IMG/VR virus record: IMGVR_UViG_3300014656_000004
Coordinates: 1-53,303 of that record
Source: a virus
Taxonomy: Duplodnaviria > Caudoviricetes
Reading direction: 5' to 3' (one strand)
Length of the DNA stretch: 53,303 bases
A model generated the notes under the pieces. It had not been told where the DNA came from, ran no database searches, and worked only from the letters and a program-made list of their open reading frames with translations. Below are positions 47,496 through 53,303 of this stretch, one piece after another (positions within the stretch are counted from its first letter, which is position 1; every line of letters starts with the position of its first letter). The translations under genes were made by a program, and so were the position numbers.

Positions 47496-48049
47496 TATTC
47501 ATACTCCTGATTTAGAGCTATTTTCAATATTTGGCCGATAAAATCTGTTCTGTTGAGGTTCATTTTCATTTTATTGCATAATCCACAACAAGAAACTACA
47601 TTACTTTCTAAGTAACCAATAGTATTGTCTAATCTATCTATTCCATTATAGATAAAATGGCTCCCCTTAACTTTTACTATTTGTTGTGGGGTTGTTCCAC
47701 AATAAAAGCAAGATTGTTGAGTTAATTTTCTAAATTTTTCTTTGCTTAATTCAAATAATAAACCTCGTTCAAATGCTCGATTCTTATATTTTGAATATAA
47801 AGCGTTGAACCCAGCTACTCCTTTAGGTAGTTGTAACCTTTTTCTCTGTACATCTTTTAACAAACAACCGCAACTTTTAGACGTTCCATTTTTAAGACTG
47901 CCACCTCTTATCACTTTTTCAGTTCCACAGTTACAACGGCATTTCCACCAAGTTCCTTGGTTACGTCCTTTAGAATCCCAATGATTGTGGTCAAAACCTA
48001 TAATAAACCAACGACCAAAAGTCTTACCTGTTAAATCTTTAGTTTGCAT
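47495..48049 (-). CDS. HNH-type endonuclease-like protein, paralogue of 15330-16028
   Basis: DLTGKTFGRW...WWKCRCNCG...SCGC...CFYCG...GIDRLDN..GY..NVVSCC. Confidence 0.8.
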   Translation of the reverse strand: MQTKDLTGKTFGRWFIIGFDHNHWDSKGRNQGTWWKCRCNCGTEKVIRGGSLKNGTSKSCGCLLKDVQRKRLQLPKGVAGFNALYSKYKNRAFERGLLFELSKEKFRKLTQQSCFYCGTTPQQIVKVKGSHFIYNGIDRLDNTIGYLESNVVSCCGLCNKMKMNLNRTDFIGQILKIALNQEYE

Positions 48050-48719
48050 TTTGTATTGCCTTAATAGCAAAATATTTCCACAAGGAAAGTTCAATAATTT
48101 CAGAGCGAACAAAGTAAGACATCCCTTGGGAATATCTATATCCCCAAGAACATATACCTAAAATATTTCCTCTCTCATCAAAAAGAGGACAGCCACTATT
48201 TCCAGCATTAATTGCTGCATCTGTGATAATCATATCTTTAGTTTTCATAAAATCATCTGGAGACTCAACAGCCGATATGATTCCTTTAGTTAAGAGAGGA
48301 AAAACTCCGAATGGATTTCCATATGTCCAAACGGTTTCTCCAAGTTTAGCATCATCAAAAGACAAAGTAGTTTCAACATCATTTGTATCAACTTCAATAA
48401 ACCCAATGTCCGCCTCTGTCTCTAAATACCAAGATTTTGCCTTATATTCTTTATTATCAATAGTAAATACAGTAGCTTCCTTTATTCCATCAACAATGTG
48501 ACCGGCAGTAAGTATTAGATTATCTCTAATAAATATACCACTACCCTGCCAACCATTAGGATGACAATATTCATCATAATATGCAACATATTCAACTTCA
48601 CATTTAATCTGAACTACATTCCCTAATGGCAAAAAGGATTTTGGCTCATCTTTTGGTAAATTAAAAATAAATATCAATACCAATAAAGCTATGATACCCC
48701 AAAAACATCTTCGTTTCAT
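48039..48719 (-). CDS. Membrane-anchored trypsin-like serine protease
   Basis: N-terminal TM; catalytic triad LTAGH, DIG, GNSG. Confidence 0.9.
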   Translation of the reverse strand: MKRRCFWGIIALLVLIFIFNLPKDEPKSFLPLGNVVQIKCEVEYVAYYDEYCHPNGWQGSGIFIRDNLILTAGHIVDGIKEATVFTIDNKEYKAKSWYLETEADIGFIEVDTNDVETTLSFDDAKLGETVWTYGNPFGVFPLLTKGIISAVESPDDFMKTKDMIITDAAINAGNSGCPLFDERGNILGICSWGYRYSQGMSYFVRSEIIELSLWKYFAIKAIQNAN

Positions 48720-48720
48720 T

Positions 48721-49113
48721 TTATTCTCCTATCGCTACACGCTCCTGCCTTTCGGTTTCTTCGGCATCTTCATCTTGTAGCCTGTGGTAATAATCACTAT
48801 CCCCTCGGATAATCGCCTTGGAAGTCTCCTCCGCAGTAAGGGGGGCAAATAATAATTTGCGTAACTCTTGGGCTTTTTTATGTGTGAAATTACCAAGAGA
48901 TTTCCCGAGATTCATTACATCTACAAAAGTATCTTGGTAATCATCCGTCCATTCACAGACACAAAAAACCCCAAGTTTATTATATCGAAGAAGAAAAAGG
49001 TGACCCCTCCTTTTAGGATCACCTTCTACTATTCGATTCAACCATTCCGGGAGACCGCTTCCATTGATAAGCGTGTGTTCTTCGGAATCATATAAAGAAA
49101 CTAATCCGAGCAT
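48721..49113 (-). CDS. Hypothetical protein
   Basis: Operon packing. Confidence 0.65.
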   Translation of the reverse strand: MLGLVSLYDSEEHTLINGSGLPEWLNRIVEGDPKRRGHLFLLRYNKLGVFCVCEWTDDYQDTFVDVMNLGKSLGNFTHKKAQELRKLLFAPLTAEETSKAIIRGDSDYYHRLQDEDAEETERQERVAIGE

Positions 49114-49115
49114 CT

Positions 49116-49331
49116 CTACTCCTTTTTCTTATCGTCCTTCTTGATGGCTTTGGGGGCGTTAGCAACAGCCTGACTTGCTTTATCAAATTGAATCGCTTTT
49201 TCGTACAGCATTTGCTCCCCCTGAAGAATCATACTCAACTCATTGGCCGTCAGGGGTAATCCGTTCACCAATATTCGTCCTGTGAGTAATACACTCTTCA
49301 AACTCTGATGTGCTTGTTCTACTGGATTCAT
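49116..49331 (-). CDS. Hypothetical protein
   Basis: RBS and operon packing. Confidence 0.65.
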   Translation of the reverse strand: MNPVEQAHQSLKSVLLTGRILVNGLPLTANELSMILQGEQMLYEKAIQFDKASQAVANAPKAIKKDDKKKE

Positions 49332-49352
49332 CTTTCATCCTTTCTAAAAAAA

Positions 49353-49607
49353 TTACTTTTTCTGTTTCTTCTTCTTATTAAATCTACTTGTGTCAACCTT
49401 TGATTCTCGTAATTGAGCTTCAACAGTTGTACTGCGGAGGCCTGGCCCTTTGAAGTAAGTTGGTTGTTCCCCTTCCTTCAACCATTGGGCATAAGTCATA
49501 GCGTGCTCCGGCCCTGCTTTTTTGTAATGTTCAAGATACCGTTTTTTCTTTTCAGTATCCCTCTTAGTCGTCCCCAATATAGCACGAAGTAAATTGCTTT
49601 TAGCCAT
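49353..49607 (-). CDS. Basic hypothetical protein
   Basis: GGAG RBS and operon packing. Confidence 0.65.
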   Translation of the reverse strand: MAKSNLLRAILGTTKRDTEKKKRYLEHYKKAGPEHAMTYAQWLKEGEQPTYFKGPGLRSTTVEAQLRESKVDTSRFNKKKKQKK

Positions 49608-49617
49608 AATTCATCTC

Positions 49618-50715
49618 CTAAGCATCTGCCGTAAAACCGAACAGAATTAAACTAAAACTACCATCTGTTTCCAAAATCCGCACCGGATTATTCCGCCCTA
49701 TTTTAATCGCCTCTGGAAAGACTACCGATACTGGTTGCATAACCCCAGCAGCCGCCACAATTCCCGTACTGAAAAATCCAACGGACGGAAGCGGATCATC
49801 AGCGTCATTTTCCCCTAACTTTCTAAAAGGAGGCCCACATTTCTTAATAGCGGCAGTTGCCCCGGATTGTTTGCTGGGAGACCAATCGACCCCACTCAAT
49901 GTCGATTTATAACCATCATTGTTCCCGATTTCATAACAAGTACTCCCTGTACCTTCATCGTTATTCCAAGCTAAAACCAATCCGGTTTCCCCTCCATCAT
50001 ATTTCCGACCTATTCCTTCATTATAATTGGCAAGAACGGTCGCAGCCGATAGGTTAGCACTCGACCCCGTATAGAAACCAATCGGGCCAACCCACATATC
50101 TTTGTTTGCTACCCCTGTGCAAATAAGAGTACCAGCAGCATCTATAGCATCATTCATCGCCACAGTGGTGACAGCAGTAGCATCAGCAACTCCATCAATA
50201 TATATCTGCAATCCTGTAGCTGAGTCACGCTCTCCAACCACTGTGATTAAATGCCACCCATCAAAGATAGATGTGCTTCCCGTTATCGTAATCGAGGTCG
50301 TACCATCTTTGATTGTAAATGTAACCAAACCTGCGGCGGTTACTTCAAGTGTAAACCCTTCCGTACCAACGGTTGCTCTGGTAAGTAATCCGGCCACTGC
50401 ACCTGTAGCCGTAGGAATATAAACCCACATTTCAATAGCAAAGTGACCATCACTTGCTTCGTTAGCTATATCTAATTTTGCTCCACCATCCGCAGCAGTC
50501 CAAGTATCATTTGTATCAAAGTAAAGACAACTCCTCCGCAGAAGGTGAAAACCGTCTTCGGTGGCTAAAGGCCCATCAAGCTGGTAGCCGGTTATCCAGT
50601 GGCTACTTCTTCCCTCAACACTATTTAATAGGGTTGTGGATTTTGCAATGTTGCCGTTAAGATGAACTATAGGCCAATTACGTCCACATTTCATAGGTCT
50701 CGTTTCTTGTGGCAT
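49618..50715 (-). CDS. LamG / concanavalin-A-like virion protein
   Basis: FAIEMWVY...DGWHLITVV...IYIDG...LVLAWNNDEGTG. Confidence 0.8.
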   Translation of the reverse strand: MPQETRPMKCGRNWPIVHLNGNIAKSTTLLNSVEGRSSHWITGYQLDGPLATEDGFHLLRRSCLYFDTNDTWTAADGGAKLDIANEASDGHFAIEMWVYIPTATGAVAGLLTRATVGTEGFTLEVTAAGLVTFTIKDGTTSITITGSTSIFDGWHLITVVGERDSATGLQIYIDGVADATAVTTVAMNDAIDAAGTLICTGVANKDMWVGPIGFYTGSSANLSAATVLANYNEGIGRKYDGGETGLVLAWNNDEGTGSTCYEIGNNDGYKSTLSGVDWSPSKQSGATAAIKKCGPPFRKLGENDADDPLPSVGFFSTGIVAAAGVMQPVSVVFPEAIKIGRNNPVRILETDGSFSLILFGFTADA

Positions 50716-50750
50716 TTTAATACCCTTTATGATAAAAAGATAACAAAATT

Positions 50751-50779
50751 GGTAGGCTCCATATCCTCAGAGCCTACCG
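50751..50779 (-). terminator. Hairpin between the repeat-protein and LamG genes
   Basis: GGTAGGCTC / GAGCCTACC 9-bp stem. Confidence 0.6.
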
Positions 50780-50798
50780 CAATTATAAGTATTCAATT

Positions 50799-53180
50799 TT
50801 AGGAAGCGGCTGCTATAGCAGCACCTGATACGAGAGGTTCATAACGGATATACCATTCGATTGAATCGTCTGCATCTCCATTAGCATCCAGATTCATTAC
50901 GATATTTCCAGCATCCATCACGAAGTCAAATCCCATATCCCCTATTACACCATTGGCGGTTAAGACTAATGCAGCCCCGAATGTAGCACCTGGGGTAAGA
51001 GTTGTGCCTGCCGCTGCGGTATCAATATCTACTACATTAGTAACATCAACAGCATTTCCAGGGGCTGTAGGTTGGGCCTGTATTTTGCAGTTAATTGTGG
51101 CATTTTTGATTACGTTAGCAACAACACCAACAATACTGGTAACTTTAACCGGCCCACCACTAACGGTGAATATGTTAGTTGCACCAGAAGCCGCTGAAAG
51201 ATTAGTAATTGTTTTCGTTACTGATTTGGCAATTAAAGGATCACTAACCGAGGTATCACCAAGAATGGCCTGACTGTCGGTATAAATCAAATCAAGATGT
51301 GCCATTATGGTATCTTCATCATCGCCCCCGTCGTCAAAGGTGTATGCCCCGATTTTATTTGAAAGTGCCTCAAGCGAATCTGTCCGACAATCAAAGGTAG
51401 TCACATCTGCACCAACAGATAAGACATGAGTTAATAGAGACCCAGCAACACAACTGTCTTCCAAATCAGAGCCAGCAGCAATACCTGTCGTTGTTCCTGC
51501 TAAAGTATGAAGCAGGTCTCCATCTAAAGCTGTAGAACAACCAGTACCAGCCGCTAAAGCTACGGAGATGGCTTCCAGAGAATCAGTAGAACACTTGAAC
51601 GTAGTTGCATCTTTCGTGGCAGACAAAATGTGAGCTAACAAAGAACCGGCAACACAGTGGGCCTCCAAATCACCATCTACCGCTACAGTAGTATCTACTC
51701 CTGCAAGTGTGTCAAGCTGGATACCCGCAAGAACAGTCGCTCCATCCAAATGGTCACGAATAGCCTCCAACGAATCTGTGGTTTTATTATATCCAGTGGG
51801 GTCTCCGTCCGAAGCCATAATCATAGCCAACTGGCTATTGGTTGCCATCGAGGCTGGATAATTAGCCGAACCATCTGCTGTCTTTGATAGATGGTCGAGA
51901 TATATGCCACCTAATACAGTTGTACCATCCAGATGGTCTCTTATTGCTTGTAAAGAATCGGTAGTTTTGTTGAATCCACTTGGATTGCCGTTAGCTGACA
52001 TTATCATTCCAAGGAAACTATCAGTCGTAACCTCGGTGGGGTAATTCGTTCCGGCACTCGCCGTTTTAGCTAAATGGTCAAGTTGGATTCCACCAAGAAT
52101 AGTTGTACCATCCAGATGGTCTCTGATAGCTTCTAACGAATCAGTTGCATCATCGAAAGTTCCGGAATTATCCTTTTCCAAAATATCCTGCATTGACCTC
52201 GGTGTTGGACTTTGACTTACAGCCGCATCCCAAGAAAGTGCAGCTACAGCATCAGCTATTGATTGCAATGAATCAGTAGAGGCATTAAAATTGGCTGGGT
52301 CTGCATCTGTGGACATAATGTGCCCCAGAATAGAACCAGCAACAACGATACCACTTATATCCTCATCCGCTGCAACGCCTGTGTCTGTCAATGCTAAATG
52401 GTCAAGGTTGATTGCATCCAGAGCAGTTATACCTGCTATATAATCCCGGATAGCTTGCAACGAATCTGTAGTTTTGGAATAGTCACAATTACCATCTTTA
52501 TGAAGAATATCCTGCAACGACTTTGCAGTTGGGGCGGCACTGATTGCCCCGGTTACATCTGTTGGTGACTCAATCAAGCCAACAGCATCCCTAATTGATT
52601 GCAGGGAATCGGTTGACTTATCGAAATTGCTAACATCGCCATCAGTGGACATAATCATCCCGAGGATACTATTGGTCGTCACCGATGCAGGATACGCAGC
52701 ACTTCCATCTGCTGTTTTGGCTAAATGGTCAAGATTGTAAGCCACTATCTCGGGGGCTACAGTCCCGCCACCAATAATCTCACCGGATGTTCCATCAGTG
52801 GTAATACCAACGTTCTGGTCTAACTCGCCAATCGTTGCCACTATCATACTATCAATCGCCAATCCAGTGGATATTATTGTGTTGTGGCGAATTACAGCGG
52901 GGGTGGTCGCTATCACTTCGATACCGGATTCCCCATCCTTAACCTTCATTATGTTGTTCTCAATAAGAAGGTCAAGACACACGCCTGTGCTGTTGGATAT
53001 AGCAGCAGTTACGCCTTCACCATCGCCATACGGGCCGGATAATCTATTATTCCGGATGGTGACATTATTTGAAGCTCCTTTCAGGCTAATACCATCATCA
53101 GGATTTGAACTCCAGCCAGCACGAAAGATATTGTCCTCAATTATCGTATCGTGACAACCAGCCTTCAATTCGATAGCGGC
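50799..53180 (-). CDS. 3' part of the origin-spanning virion protein: beta-helix domain, tandem LDHLA...TDSL.AIRD repeats, C-terminal beta domain
   Basis: Continues from ATG 534; pectin-lyase-like IEDNIF/IRNNRL/IENNIM rungs. Confidence 0.85.
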   Translation of the reverse strand, partial: AAIELKAGCHDTIIEDNIFRAGWSSNPDDGISLKGASNNVTIRNNRLSGPYGDGEGVTAAISNSTGVCLDLLIENNIMKVKDGESGIEVIATTPAVIRHNTIISTGLAIDSMIVATIGELDQNVGITTDGTSGEIIGGGTVAPEIVAYNLDHLAKTADGSAAYPASVTTNSILGMIMSTDGDVSNFDKSTDSLQSIRDAVGLIESPTDVTGAISAAPTAKSLQDILHKDGNCDYSKTTDSLQAIRDYIAGITALDAINLDHLALTDTGVAADEDISGIVVAGSILGHIMSTDADPANFNASTDSLQSIADAVAALSWDAAVSQSPTPRSMQDILEKDNSGTFDDATDSLEAIRDHLDGTTILGGIQLDHLAKTASAGTNYPTEVTTDSFLGMIMSANGNPSGFNKTTDSLQAIRDHLDGTTVLGGIYLDHLSKTADGSANYPASMATNSQLAMIMASDGDPTGYNKTTDSLEAIRDHLDGATVLAGIQLDTLAGVDTTVAVDGDLEAHCVAGSLLAHILSATKDATTFKCSTDSLEAISVALAAGTGCSTALDGDLLHTLAGTTTGIAAGSDLEDSCVAGSLLTHVLSVGADVTTFDCRTDSLEALSNKIGAYTFDDGGDDEDTIMAHLDLIYTDSQAILGDTSVSDPLIAKSVTKTITNLSAASGATNIFTVSGGPVKVTSIVGVVANVIKNATINCKIQAQPTAPGNAVDVTNVVDIDTAAAGTTLTPGATFGAALVLTANGVIGDMGFDFVMDAGNIVMNLDANGDADDSIEWYIRYEPLVSGAAIAAAS

Positions 53181-53303
53181 AAGGAACTCATCTCCACTCG
53201 CTTCGCCTTCAAGATACTCACAATCCACAATCTTGGCATTCGTCACCGCCGCCTCAATGTCCACACCGATAAGAACATCAGCGTACCCAGGCATAAAGGT
53301 AAG
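53181..53303. repeat. Terminal direct repeat, copy 2 (= 1-123)
   Basis: Exact match to the first 123 nt. Confidence 0.97.

Noticed and set aside
659-50541. CTGCGGAGG explained as a Shine-Dalgarno sequence (contains GGAGG) or as codon bias
   Set aside because: Half the copies are antisense, most are not 5-10 nt before a start codon, and it is read in several different frames

Overview
The window is a complete, circularly assembled tailed-phage genome of about 53,180 bp; bases 1-123 equal 53181-53303, and one gene spans the junction. Essentially all real genes lie on the minus strand. The virion module looks podovirus-like: terminase, portal, scaffold, major capsid, a repeat-rich head-fibre-like protein, LamG protein, adaptor, beta-propeller tail fibre, nozzle-like protein and ejection-like proteins. 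The replication/recombination module has a UDG-fused family A polymerase, ERCC4-type and PD-(D/E)XK nucleases, an SMC-like ATPase, a Sak4-like ATPase, an SSB-like protein and an AAA_25 helicase. There is also a nucleotide-pool cluster and a roughly 4-kb small-gene region. No integrase, primase, endolysin or reverse transcriptase was recognised. The main unexplained signal is a quasi-palindromic motif, CCTCCGCAG(G)/(C)CTGCGGAGG, counted by eye about 40 times (20 per strand). It occurs in several reading frames and sits inside the 17-bp spacer of four near-consensus sigma70 promoters. Other notable items: a DNA methyltransferase whose catalytic DPPY motif is split by a 5-nt stop-containing insert; a tRNA-like element with a truncated anticodon arm; tandem NrdR-box-like palindromes 32 bp apart; paired repeat clusters bracketing the 4-kb small-gene region; and a PolA with non-canonical catalytic motifs. 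All functional calls come from motif recognition by eye, not database searches.
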